This document shows positions 1 through 12,449 of a DNA stretch of 64,000 nucleotides, one piece after another. The DNA comes from Bugula neritina (taxonomy: Eukaryota > Animalia > Bryozoa): contig OZ037767.1 of assembly GCA_964035545.1 (NCBI GenBank), forward strand, positions 5,968,707-6,032,706, read 5' to 3'. A program made the position numbers and the translations under genes. The stretch's first letter is position 1, and every line of letters begins with the position of its first letter. The notes under the pieces are model-generated. The model was given only the letters and a program-made list of their open reading frames with translations, was not told the DNA's origin and searched no databases.

Positions 1-117
1 GCCAGAAAACTCGAATGCTACAAACTAACTTTAGAGTGTGAAAAAGACAAGATTCCGTTCTATGAGAAATTCGGATTTAGGAATAACGAGTGCTTTTACA
101 TGGTTCAAAGATTTTAA
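1..117 (+). CDS. GNPNAT1: Glucosamine-6-phosphate N-acetyltransferase, C-terminal fragment (5' part outside window)
   Basis: Frame 1 reads ARKLECYKLTLECEKDKIPFYEKFGFRNNECFYMVQRF*, matching the GNA1 C-terminal motif (CYKxxLEC...FYxKFG). Candidate AATAAA at 742-747. Confidence 0.88.
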   Translation, partial: ARKLECYKLTLECEKDKIPFYEKFGFRNNECFYMVQRF

Positions 118-329
118 TGTCTTCCTCGAGGTTTTCCGTGGAGATAACAGATACAGCTGACTACAGAAATCTTAGCTAGTCAATTGGTTTCAACTCTCTA
201 ATCATCTCACTACATGTAAATGACTTCGAACTTTAATCTATCCATTGATGTGCTTATCGATGGTACTTATTTGCAACATAATTTATTCTCCATTCTTACA
301 AGGCCATGTATGCCTGTTGCACCCCCTCC

Positions 330-455
330 TTCTACTATAACTCAACCCCCTCTTCTGTTACTCAAACCCCTCCTTCTTTTGCAATTCAAGCCTCTCCCTC
401 TCTTGCAATTTAAGCCCCTCCCTTTCTTGCTACCCAAACCCCTCTTTCTATTGCA
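330..455. repeat. Degenerate C/T-rich tandem repeat, period about 21-24 bp
   Basis: Recurring caattcaagcctctccctctcttg-like units; they explain the spurious ORFs 220-486 and 342-563. Confidence 0.55.
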
Positions 456-2665
456 ACTTGTGCCCCACCATGTGCCAAATCGATGAACGCCAAAATCAAC
501 TGTCCTATCAACTTTTCTTCCCAAATGTGAAAGATACTTATGCTGTTTTTTTTCATTAAACAAAGAACCCTTAGCAAGTCAGTGATCATGTCTTACACTG
601 ACTTATCTAGTTTTTAGCAATTAAAGAAGAAATTTAGGTGAATATTTATAGTTTTTTCTGTGGTGTGATTGGCTCAAACTCTCAAGAGATTTCATCTCGT
701 GGTTTTGTCCTGTAAGATGCTAGCAAGAACTGTTTATTTAAAATAAATGTATGAATTTAAGATTTACTTGTTGCTTGCTACTTACTTTGTCCTTCAATCT
801 TACTTTTGTTTGCACTTTTAGTGTTGAAAGTTACTATTTATTTCTCCATGCATATTCTAGTCTTTTGTATTTCAATTTTGTTTGCATCTGGCTTATTCCT
901 CATAATAAACTTAAAGAAATGATTGCTCATTAATTAGGTCTTTTTATACTTTGTTATTTTTATGGACATTCCAATTTGTGGAGTTTTTCCTATTATCTAT
1001 CTGTATTATCAATGTAAATTTATAATGTGGCAGTTTTCTTTTCCAAATACAAACAATGTTATGTAACATCTAATTTCCTTATGATTTAATATTTCTTATC
1101 AGGACTGTTTGACTTTTCTACACTGACTAAACTCTAAGCTGTGCTGTTGACAAGTTGTGTAGTTACACCAGGGCTATCAAATTGACCAAATACATTACAC
1201 CACTTACCACTCTATAGTCCTATATACAAGTGCACGCGTCTAGCTTGCATACTATAAAAGGGCCTTTTGCCAAGTTGTCTCCCCTCTAAGCTATAGTTAT
1301 TCCATTTTCACCTGTGATCGCATTGTAGCTTGTAGTGTACTGACAACCCTGAATGTTGCTTGTACATGGGGGAGAGGGGGACACTTTAATTTGGAGATAT
1401 AGTCAAGAGTAGACTTGGTGTTTCTTGACTATGCATGTAATTGTGTGCCCATGCAAGCTAGCAGACAACATAATATCAAGTACAAGTGCAAATAATTGCA
1501 ATTTAATAACTATTTCTTCAAAACAATCATAAAAGTTGATGAATACTAGAAAATTTGTAGAAAGTAAATGTACTCATGGAGATTTGCTGTGTATACATGC
1601 TGGTTTATATGGTTTGGCAATGGTTGCGTAATGTGGTTTCCCCCCTATTACACTGATACCAGCATTATTTCTAAATAAGGATGCTGAATGAAAATACTAA
1701 TAATTACAATGCTAGTCTTTAGTTTGTATTTCCGATAGATATATCACATTGAAAAACATGGAGGATGTGTACAGTAGCAATATGTGCCGTCAAAAAGTTA
1801 GAAACTTCAAATTTTCAAAATACTTGTTGTTTATAACACAAGGTGAAGGATCAACATCAAATATACTGATTTCGGGATTGGCATTGCCCCTTGCTATAGT
1901 ATGATCATGTTTCATATCAAGCCTAATAAAACTGGGCTTCTATTTTTTATGTGATGATAGCCTAACATGTTATACAACATGCAAACAATAGAGGGTATGC
2001 CGATGCAATCTTTTTAACCTCCTTACCTCATTGATAGCATTATGTAAGAGTAAAATATAGAAATTTCAATGTTGGTGGAACAACCATGCATGGCAACAAA
2101 CATGATTTTTAAAGTAGGTCTAATCTTCCAGGATGTCTTTACTTAGTTGTTCGACATGATTTATTATAACTGCCTCATGCCATTTTTAACAAGTAGGCTT
2201 CCAAGATGAATATCATTATCATAATTGTACTCTACATAAATATATAATCAGCGATTGTGATAAAAATAACCTATATATATAACATGCGATATGCTTTGCT
2301 TACATTTCTAAGTTGTTTGTACAAGTTTATTGCCTACTATACCTACTATATCGCAATTGGTGATGGTTATGTGGGGAGGGAAAGCCTATACCTATATTTT
2401 TGAAGAAAATGTGCAAATTTTTTTATAAATGGAGCAAAAAATTTACAACCCTGTTACGAGCAGTTTATAGTCAGGCCCAGTTTAACTTGATCAAGCAACA
2501 TCTGAACTATTACAGTAAATTGTAAATTTAATTGACTTAGCTACAGTCTAATAAACTATACTGTTGCAGGTCTACCTCAATGCAGCATTGATTAAGGTTA
2601 AAAATGTGAAGGATAAAACTTTTTGGCTAATAGCAAACAGCAAAAGGTGTAAATCTTCTTCCCCT

Positions 2666-2969
2666 ATACCCCTCATTCACACTTACCGTAGCGTAAGCCA
2701 TAACGTAAAATATCAGCCATTTTTAATGTGTAGGACTGAAGTTTTTAAAGTCCACTATTGGGTACGATCTATGACACTTCATTGAACAATTATATCCAAT
2801 GAGTTAACCAAAAGTTTTTCTGTTCAGTATGAGTCTGCCGCAACTTGTTTGAATCAAGCAGTGCTTGATCCTAATGTACCGCAACACCGTACAGGAAGCT
2901 CAGACATTTGTAAAAATGGCTGATATTTGCTGTTACTGCCTACGGTAAGGTAAATGTGAATGAAGGATA
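2666..2969. mobile_element. MITE-like element, about 300 bp, with imperfect terminal inverted repeats of about 60 bp
   Basis: Left end cctcattcacacttaccgtag...aaatatcagccattttta mirrors right end taaaaatggctgatattt...ctacggtaag...tgtgaatgaagg. No coding capacity. Confidence 0.7.
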
Positions 2970-4439
2970 CAAGTATTATAATACATCATGTCAATTAGTC
3001 TCAGAACTAAATATTCGCATTCTCTATCACGGTTGATGCATTTGAAAATGTTATTATTTATGTAATATATGCAGCAGGCATTGGGCTTCAGGCTCTCTCA
3101 CTATACTGGTGTTTTGATCTAATCCATTTTTTTCAAGTTTAAAGAATATTTGCATCAAACAGTAGCCCGAGTTATATACAGCTGACATGCAAACACTGTC
3201 ATATAGAAACACTGGTTAGCCCAGGTGCTGGAGGCAATAGCACAGGTCACACAAAAGCAGCTGAACAATGAAATTGTATCTCAACAATAGAGGGCTTTTC
3301 CAATCATGGATAAAATAATGGGCACAGTATTTAATCATGCACAGTATTGTTGTGATAGTGTATGTACAAGCACTAATAAATCAAAACCCAATGGCCAATC
3401 AATAAAATCAGCTGATCTTTCATTATATGGTTATGATAGGGGCATTCATGCTGTCTCGCAATAGTCTAAACTCTAATGCATGAGCTAAAGATCTAGCCCA
3501 ATTTCAAGACATGAAGCCTTGAAAAATGGGAACCACTTCAAATCCAAACTTGAGACAAATGTCTTTGAAATTTTTGAACTATCATCTTGAGCTTTTTATG
3601 CAAAAACTAGGAAACCTTTCAAAACTGATGGAACTCAAAAAGCACATTTTATACTATACCTAAATAGACAAAAAAAATGTTTCTACTTACACCAACTGAG
3701 TAAATAAATCAATGAAATTTGGTATATTAGAAAATGATACACAACTGAAAAATCACACTCGATTCTAAGAACCGACGCTATTGAGTAACAATACCTGCTA
3801 GTTGGAAATTGATCATATCTATTTTAAGCTATGCAAGGATCTACATTTCAATAATTACACACCTGTTGGGTTGATATAATATACTGAATATACTGAATTC
3901 TCACTCTTTTATTGCTAGTGTATAGAGTTCGTACTTCAGTATACAATAACTAGCAAGTTATCATTCTGAGGTTTGCTTTCATCAACAATCTGGAATCAAC
4001 TTGGTTATTTTATTGTGTGAGCTTATTAATCGATTTCAAAGTGACTGGTTAGTAAAACCACTTGGAAGAACAATAAAGTGGAGAATCATTTACATATTGC
4101 TTAATTTATTTTTATTTGTGGTAAAACACATTTAACTTCTAAAAATATTGCAGTACTTCAACCACATTGATAATAAATTAATGCACAAAAATAAAACAAA
4201 AATAGAGGCATTGTTGAGTGCTATTCCTTGCAAGTTAGATAGTGTGAGTTCGAACTTGATCTAAGACAGGGTTCTTGAAGATTCCATACTAGACTACCAA
4301 CAAAATAGATTTAAACAAACGGCACTAAAATTTACTAACAAGCTGTGCATTCACTGCCAGAGTGGTTCATTAAAATAATCAATTATATTATATAAATTAA
4401 ACGAAAAATATTAATAATACTTTCTACTTTTGCTAAAGA

Positions 4440-5972
4440 TTACGAGGTTGGTAAGTTCTGTTCAGCATACGCGTGCCTACGAGAAATATTTGGAATAGCA
4501 CCACTGAAGGAGACCCACTGACTAGAAGTTAAAATGATGACAAACACCAGCACTAGAATCGACGCGACTTTCCACTTGGCATTCATCAGCGGCCCAACAA
4601 CATTGGAAACTGTAGACATGAACACCAGTAGCACTGCCAGGAATGCAAGCAGGACGTTGATTACCTTCGTCAGCATGACCTTGGCATTGGGGTTGTCTAC
4701 CCCTTCCATACTGATGAGCTGTTGCTGCTGATTTTGCAACTCTATTTTAGCAATCCTGGTGTTGGCAGTCTCCAAGGCTTCCTGAAGGTCACGAGTTCTC
4801 TCTTCTAACTGATAGTCTATTTTCTCCTCCATATTGGACATTTCCTGTTTCAGATTACTGAGCTCGTTTTGAGTGAGCTCAACAAAGTCATTCAAGTGTT
4901 CTTCCAGCCTTTCATACCGATCAGCCATCCGCTCCTCCTCCAGCGAGGTTCTGACCGCGGCTAGTTCCTCTTGGAACTCCGACATCTGAGACCGAAGCAT
5001 ATCTATTTCTCGAGCAACAACCTCCAAACTTTCGGCATTTCTATTTAGTTTTTGAAGTAGAGGTTCAATTGCCGCCTGGTTATAATTCTGGATAAGATTG
5101 GAAGTAGAAGACGCATGAGGACTGTCTCTAGCGAAATGGTAACTAGCTTCAGACATTGACCCTGACTCCGCCACTGCCAGACCTTCGTTGTCCGACTCCG
5201 TGCCACCAGGAACTCTCATCTTGAAGTTGGCTGGCAGCGTTGTGCTGCCGGTGGGACTGCTAGGACTACCAGCTCGCAGTACGGCAGGCACAGGACTCTC
5301 TGAACTGGTTCCTGTATGAGAAAAGTTATGAGTCAAAGAGTTAATATTATCTGCACTTCCACTTTTGCTCTTACTGCTTCCCCCTGAGTTCTCCTTTGGC
5401 TTAGAGACTAGCGCATCAGTAGCCGTGCGAATATTATCTACAACAGTCCCGCCAAAGTCTTTCAGTCCTTGACCTACATCCTTAAGCATTTCCTTTGCAG
5501 CTCGGTGAGCACCGTGAGATGTGCCGTGTTGTTCTATATTCCGTAGGTCATTCTGATATTTCTCCATTTTCTTCTGCAGGTTTGCTATTCTTTGCGCAGA
5601 CACGGAGTTATTCTTCTCGAAGACTAACTTAATGTTTTTCACTTTTGACTCGTCGTGACTCGCTTTACTTGACAAGTCCAAATATTCCTGAACATGGTCT
5701 TCTTTTATGATCTGCTCTTTCTGAATCTCCATCCTAATCTTATCTATTTTCAGTTTGTATGCGTTTATAGTATTTCTGTGTTTACTCGGATCTGCTGCGA
5801 TGTTTCGGCCACTGTCAGTGGTTTCAATTTCTAGGAGCAAACCCCCAGGTTCTGAATCAGTATAGTCTGAGCCCCCATCTTCCACCGAGTCTGCATGTAG
5901 GTGCTTTTCCATGGTGCCCTTCTTCCCGGGAAGGGGACTCTTTTTATTCCTGAACTCAAACTTTTTCATCAT
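4440..5972 (-). CDS. TMCC: Transmembrane and coiled-coil domain protein (TMCC/TEX28 family), single coding exon, 510 aa
   Basis: Family motifs IKLVFEKNNSVSAQRIANLQKKMEKY and RYERLEEHLNDFVELTQNELSNLKQEMSNMEEKIDYQLEERTRDLQEALE, plus two C-terminal hydrophobic segments. An acceptor (ttcttgtag|gcATG) lies 2 nt upstream of the ATG, implying an upstream exon. Minus-strand AATAAA at 4105-4116. Confidence 0.93.
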   Translation of the reverse strand: MMKKFEFRNKKSPLPGKKGTMEKHLHADSVEDGGSDYTDSEPGGLLLEIETTDSGRNIAADPSKHRNTINAYKLKIDKIRMEIQKEQIIKEDHVQEYLDLSSKASHDESKVKNIKLVFEKNNSVSAQRIANLQKKMEKYQNDLRNIEQHGTSHGAHRAAKEMLKDVGQGLKDFGGTVVDNIRTATDALVSKPKENSGGSSKSKSGSADNINSLTHNFSHTGTSSESPVPAVLRAGSPSSPTGSTTLPANFKMRVPGGTESDNEGLAVAESGSMSEASYHFARDSPHASSTSNLIQNYNQAAIEPLLQKLNRNAESLEVVAREIDMLRSQMSEFQEELAAVRTSLEEERMADRYERLEEHLNDFVELTQNELSNLKQEMSNMEEKIDYQLEERTRDLQEALETANTRIAKIELQNQQQQLISMEGVDNPNAKVMLTKVINVLLAFLAVLLVFMSTVSNVVGPLMNAKWKVASILVLVFVIILTSSQWVSFSGAIPNISRRHAYAEQNLPTS

Positions 5973-8900
5973 GCCTACAAGAAGACATCAAGTAAGTGAA
6001 ACAGTAGATTGACAAAGGAGAAGGTGCAGTGATTTATTGTAGCTTTTGTTGATTAACTTTGGGAGTAAAGGAAGTATGCATATGCAGACTTCACCCTGAA
6101 TGAATTAACAGAAACACACTGATCATTCCAGGAAGTCGCAGCTACTTTCCACACAAACCGCTCAGCAGACAAGTAACTAACTACATACTTTATACACATC
6201 TCTGCTTGCCTAGTGCCTGCCTTATTTTTGTTATCAATCAAAGGAAACTTAGAAAACATGATATATCACAAATTTGTTTTGGAAAACAGTGATGCAACAA
6301 GTTGGCCAACTTGAGAAAGTGTAAATAAAGAGCAAAAGCTTCTACCCTTGCAGCAAATCATGACTGTGAAGAATAGTTATGTTGTGAACATATACAACAC
6401 CAAAATCAATGCTGCGAGTCAACATGAAAAGCCTTACATACTGACAAGTTTAATGAAAATGTCAAAGGTATTGGTTTAATACATAATGCAAGCATTATTT
6501 GGATCGGCAATGAAAGTAAATGTGTTCATGTAATTGATTAGTAGTAACAGACAAAATAAAACAGCATTTCATACAATAGTCCTTTAGAATATTTATTGAG
6601 GCATGACTCCATACCCCAGTCAACCCTATGGCAGATATTTTTTTCTATGGGCAAAATCTAGGCACTTGAGAAAGAGCATGCAAGACAAGGTTGTGCTAAG
6701 GTACCCAGCATTTGTGTTAGTTAAATTGTAGTGCCTAATATAGGTAACTAATGACATAATTTAGCAACATTAAACCAATATAAATATGATACAGTTAATA
6801 TATAACATTTCTGATTGAATTGATAAGAAAATCAATCAATTAATATTAATAGTTAAGGAAAACAATTTTACTATAGCTAATAATTTAACTTGGTGATCAC
6901 TGAGCTTGTTGCTATCAATATAAAAACAGGATACATCATCTAACTACTTATCCATAACTTAGTTGGTCAATTTCTTAGTACATTTATAACCTTGATTCTT
7001 GATCTTACTTTCAAGATAGAGTATCAGTTTTAAATTAATTTCATGAAACTCTTTTAATAAAATTAGGTTCTCGGATATAAACATTTAGGAATACATGCGT
7101 TTAAATTTAAAGGGATAACTTATTATGCACAAACCCAAAACAATCTATTTACTAGGTAGGTGCAGTAATAAAAAAAGTAGGAAAAGCCTGTGTTCTGGAT
7201 AAGAAATGCAGCAAAAGCATATCAACCCTAGCTGCAAACCGAGAATTCATAAAGGACATAGGCTATTGAAAAGTCTCAGTTACTGCACCTACGCAAGAGT
7301 TAGGAGAGGTGCAAGGGTAAGGGGTACATCAGCTAGTAAATGCAACCAGTTAATGACTTTTCAATCAGCTGTCACATGTTGGGAGTAGAAAAACAAATCA
7401 ACTAAAACTTGAATAATCAAAAACTAGTAATCCATCTAATAGTAGAGGGCAGTTCAAACTCCAAATGTCTAATTGACATCATCTTAAATAGTGGCATCAG
7501 TAAATTAGTGCAACGTGACACACAGACAAAGTTCCCATCATGACACCCTGACCAAGTGCCTGAATCACAACCCCATGGTCTGTCTGTGCAGTTCGGGCAC
7601 CTTCTATAGCACTTGTTCTCCGTATTTTGAGAGTGTGACCCAAATTCTAGCAATTAATACCCTATGCAAAGCATTTTACTGCAAATAAAGTCCCACTATA
7701 TAGCTGTGGTGTTATTGGTTTACTTCAATTGGCAGCTTACATAATACATACTGGTATAAAAATTTCTACTGAGACTGGCAACTAATACAATTATTGTTTA
7801 TTCTAGTGTCATTGTGAACAGAGTATTATGACTTAATTTATATTTTATAGGATTGATTAGGAATATTGGCTGTTCCATATTGACCACTTTAAACATGAAA
7901 CTACAAACAAAAAGATTTCTGTCTTGTGATGTATCTCAGGACAAAAAAAACTACTTTAAGGACCTAATTCAAGAATTAGACCCTAGAATTTTTCAACTTT
8001 AGGGTTATCTTTCAACATAGGATATATTTTGTTCCCTCAAAACATGGCTGTTCCTGAATTATTGATTAGGCTAATGCAAAAAAAGATCAGGGAAGATATA
8101 ATTACGAAAACATACATGTAGCATATCATAAACAATATACATTTTATTTGCTATATCTTCCCACTGTGGATAGAAACAGAACCCTACTTTCTGCTGGGAA
8201 ATTCACAGAAATATAATAATATAGTGTGGATTCAAGGTTTAAAGCCAATGACTGACATGTGAGTAACAGTACCAGCATGTGGTGATGAGTAAAATAAATA
8301 TCCCAACCTATTCATTACCTCACTCAAGTTAGTAATGGTAGAACAATTTAGGAAAATCTAGTAGCAGGGCTAGAACCGTTTATTAATGCTTTCATCAACC
8401 ATGTTACATCATGTTTATATGCTTACAATACAATTTATCTTGGAATAACCACTTGCTTCAACCCGCTGCATTTACCCTGTTGCTTGTAACAAATCAAAAA
8501 CACTGAGATTTTTAAGATGTAGTCAGTGTTGCATCAAAACTGTTTGACTAAAAAATAGAAATATCTTCTTTGTACCCCAAACCATAGCTAAGGTGAAAAT
8601 AACAATTTAGTTGAATTTTTCAATTGCTAGATTTCAGTTTTGTAATACCTAACCAATTCTAGAAAATTCAAAAGTGAAATATATATACAATGTACTTGTA
8701 AAAATAACTGTCTAAAATTTAAATGAATGATTAATGTATGCTATAGCAAACATTTTTCAACAAAACACTCAAATATTTCTGGAATAAATGTAAATTCCCA
8801 TTCAATATCTTTTAAAATGTTACGAGCTAGTTGTAATGGTTTAATAATTTATTCAAAAATATTGACAGACCTAATGTCACCATGATAGATCTCAAAATAA

Positions 8901-10299
8901 TCAATTTATAACAAGTTTAATCATTTTTATGGGCTGCTGATTCATAAACATTGTGCTTGTATTGTATCAATCATTTTTACCAGTTATTGTTGCAGACGTT
9001 TTGTTAATAATGCACAAACATCATGTTTTTACTCAGCTGAACTTTGTTTAGGCAAATATTTCAGTCTTACTTGGTTCATTTTGAATAGAAAATAATGAAG
9101 TTACACAATTTTACAGACAGGCAAAATCCTTACACAACGTATGACTGTATCCTAACAAATAAATTAATTACAACACATAACAAATGTAAATCAACTGCCA
9201 TAAAATAGCCATTAGTTTTTCATTGACCCACAAAAAACATTTTCAACTGTAATTATGCTTGTCCATTTAAACTACACCATAAACTTCAATCTTAAATCAA
9301 AATAAATCAAGCAAATCAAATTAAATTTAGTTCGAAGTTACTCATGTGTACGCTAGGTATTACTAGAATGTTACATTAAAATCCAACTGGAATGCAAAAT
9401 ATAGGTGAAGGTAAATGAAGTGTTTCATTATTAATCCCTAGAAGCCATCACTGTTATCAGCCTATAGTTTCTATAGCTGTTGAACCAACAACAAAAAGCA
9501 GAGCCCGGTGGCTATTATTTTTCACAAATTATGGATTGCAGTTTCTCAAAATTCAAACATGCTTAAATTTTACTTTGCAATTTATGCTCTTAGATTTAAG
9601 CCAACGAGAATTTAAATGAAAATTAAGCAAACAATAATATGACATAGTCACAAGTCACAATCAAAATTAGCATTATAAAACTACCAGTCAAAGAATTGCT
9701 AAAAATATTCTAACATTGAGTTCCAGCATAATATGCAGCATCAATGTGTTCATATGATATAATAGTAATCACATTGATAATAATAATAAATATGATAACC
9801 ATATTCAATTTCAGACTGGTTTTCATATTCATAATGATAATGATGATAATTTTAACTTACAACTTAAAAGTTAAACTAAAGTTAAGTATTAGTACCGTAC
9901 TACTAGTAGTAGCACTAGCAGTAGTAGTAAGTACTACTACTAGTATTAGTACTAATAGTAATACTATTACTAATAGTAATAGTATTAGTATCAGACAATT
10001 AGTATTACATTTATTATAGCTAACTACAAGTACAGTGACAGCATGAGCAACTCTAAGAGTAAGACTAAGCTACTCACTAAGTCAGTTACTAAGTGAGTTG
10101 CTAAATATATTAACTGTAAGTTTAACTTAAATTTTTACTTTAAGTTAAAGTTTAACATTAAGTTGAAGTTGAAGTTTAAACTTAAAGTCAAATATTAATA
10201 TAAATAATATCCAATTTGAATTTAATAATATTCTTATAGTTATTCTATTTTTAACAACAAAATCATAAATTCATCTAATTTCTTGATAAAAAAATGACT

Positions 10300-11310
10300 T
10301 GACTCACTCAGTATATTTCACTTTAAAATGCAAGAAATAGCTGCAAGTTCTCCATTGTGTCCTTATAGTTATTCCAAACGTTGATCAGTTAGTTGTGGTG
10401 CAGACTGTGATACTGATAGTGATTGTCATTTCAACTATCGACTATTCCTCTCTAATGACAAAACGGAAATGATTTAGTTTAGACGAGCCCCATAAAGCTT
10501 TTTGTGGCTTAGTTAGTGTAGATCTGAATGGACAAATCATTATTCTTGAGTCGCGTATTATAAAAACATTGACCAATCATTTGCCTGTTAACAAAATTCT
10601 AGCTACAACGGTTCATGGTTCATAGAAAGTTTATATAGTGCTATGGCTACAAGAACACAAGTCATCACTAAAAAAATAAACGTGGTGTCTAGTCTAATTC
10701 ATAACAATTTGTCAAATAGTTAATAATCATAGCCATAATGATAATGTTTATTAAAATTTTTCGTTTCCTAACAGATATTTTTTAAAAGAAAACAACAACG
10801 TGAAAATTGAAATTTTTAATTTTATTTATCTCTAATACTAATAGTAATCATAATGACTAACAGTAAAACTAAAAGGTGAAAAGTAAAACTAAATGTAATG
10901 CTAATTATGATACTAATGCTAATAGTACCAGTTACAGTGAATGTGATCATTACGTGTAATTACTTACTAGCCTTAATTTTACAGTTTGAGTAACTCAGTA
11001 ATTTACGGGGTTTAATATTGATAGATTAAATGTACTAATGTCAATGTTATGTCTAATTGAGCAATTGTTGTTCTGACAACATAGAATTATTTGACAGTTA
11101 GAGGTTAACAGACAATGAATAGTGACGATAATCACAGTGATCAAAAGAATATAAGTTGAGAAAGATAAAAAGTATTTTTAAAACCAACACTTTAATAATT
11201 TTATTGAAATGTTGAACCTCAACCTGGTGAGTCAGGTGACCGTACTTATAGTTCGTTATGGTATTACTATTATAATACACAACATTTGCAAATATTTATC
11301 TGTAAGTCGT
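10300..11310. promoter_or_regulatory. Probable divergent promoter/first-exon region for TMCC (-) and TTC23 (+)
   Basis: Lies between the head-to-head genes. Candidate minus-strand donor GTGAGT at 10307 and plus-strand donor GTAAGT at 11302; CCAAT at about 10574. Inferred from position only. Confidence 0.35.
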
Positions 11311-11487
11311 GCAGAATTTGTAATACTAATAAATCAGAAGTTAGTATTTTAAAACAAAAAATCGATAGTCAAATCAAAAATTTAGACAACGGCAAAACTA
11401 TTTTGCATCAAGTATTGTAAAAACTTTAAAATTAATTGTACAAAAGTATTTAAAAAAGACCCAATAAATGAAGTTTTGTTTTTGCCT

Positions 11488-12039
11488 TTTTAAAGAGATT
11501 TTTTATATGAATGTTTAATACGGTGAAAAGATATATGACATTCAAGCTCATACTGATTGGTTTACATGTTTTCATAACATTCATAGTAGTGTTAATTGTT
11601 AAACTAAATAAAAATAGTTTTATGTGGGTAACTATTATTGTAAAAAGGTGTTCTTATTTTTTGTGATGTTAATTACTTTAACTATGCATAATGATAAATA
11701 GTACTCTAAAATTAGAAATTGATATACACAGTCACATCACTCTCAGGTAATATTAAAGAATAATTTTAAAGAGATTTTTTATATGAATGTTTAATACGGT
11801 GAAAAGATATATGACATTCAAGCTCATACTGATTGGTTTACATGTTTTCATAACATTCATAGTAGTGTTAATTGTTAAACTAAATAAAAATAGTTTTATG
11901 TGGGTAACTATTATTGTAAAAAGGTGTTCTTATTTTTTGTGATGTTAATTACTTTAACTATGCATAATGATAAATAGTACTCTAAAATTAGAAATTGATA
12001 TACACAGTCACATCACTCTCAGGTAATATTAAAGAATAA
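11488..12039. repeat. 276-bp direct tandem duplication (11488-11763 and 11764-12039)
   Basis: Both copies run from ttttaaagagattttttatatg to aggtaatattaaagaataa and look identical by eye. Confidence 0.95.
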
Positions 12040-12449
12040 AGATGTTATGTACTCATTGTATTCATGTTTTCAACACTACACATTTTCATATTTTCCAGTT
12101 TAGAGGGTGTGAGTCCTAATTCCAGCAGAATTAATTTTAGCAAAAAGTTTTGTTTTCTACCTTTTTAGATCTGTTTGGATTAAAATCTGAAATACTTGTG
12201 ACTTTGTGTTAGAATTTGCATCTTTTTACATTTTCATAAACATTGTTTGAATTATCAACAAAAACGTCTGGTAAAAAGCATTATTTTTACTATTTATTCA
12301 TAATGTAGTGTGTTCTTTGACCCACTATGCTACATGCAGCTACTTTTGTTATCTAAACTTTTGAATTTTTTCTGTTTTTTCTTATTTTAATAGCAAGTGG
12401 TAATTTGACCGGTTTGTATTTTTAGTGCTAAAGAGATCCTACTGCCGGC

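Noticed and set aside
220-563. ORFs 220-486 (+) and 342-563 (-)
   Set aside because: Translations of a degenerate C/T-rich repeat; no recognisable family or splice structure.
4210-4270. B-box-like gagttcgaact suggesting a tRNA gene
   Set aside because: No cloverleaf or clear A box; at most a decayed SINE.
9744-10019. Hydrophobic 91-aa ORF resembling a membrane protein
   Set aside because: Product of trinucleotide-periodic low-complexity DNA.
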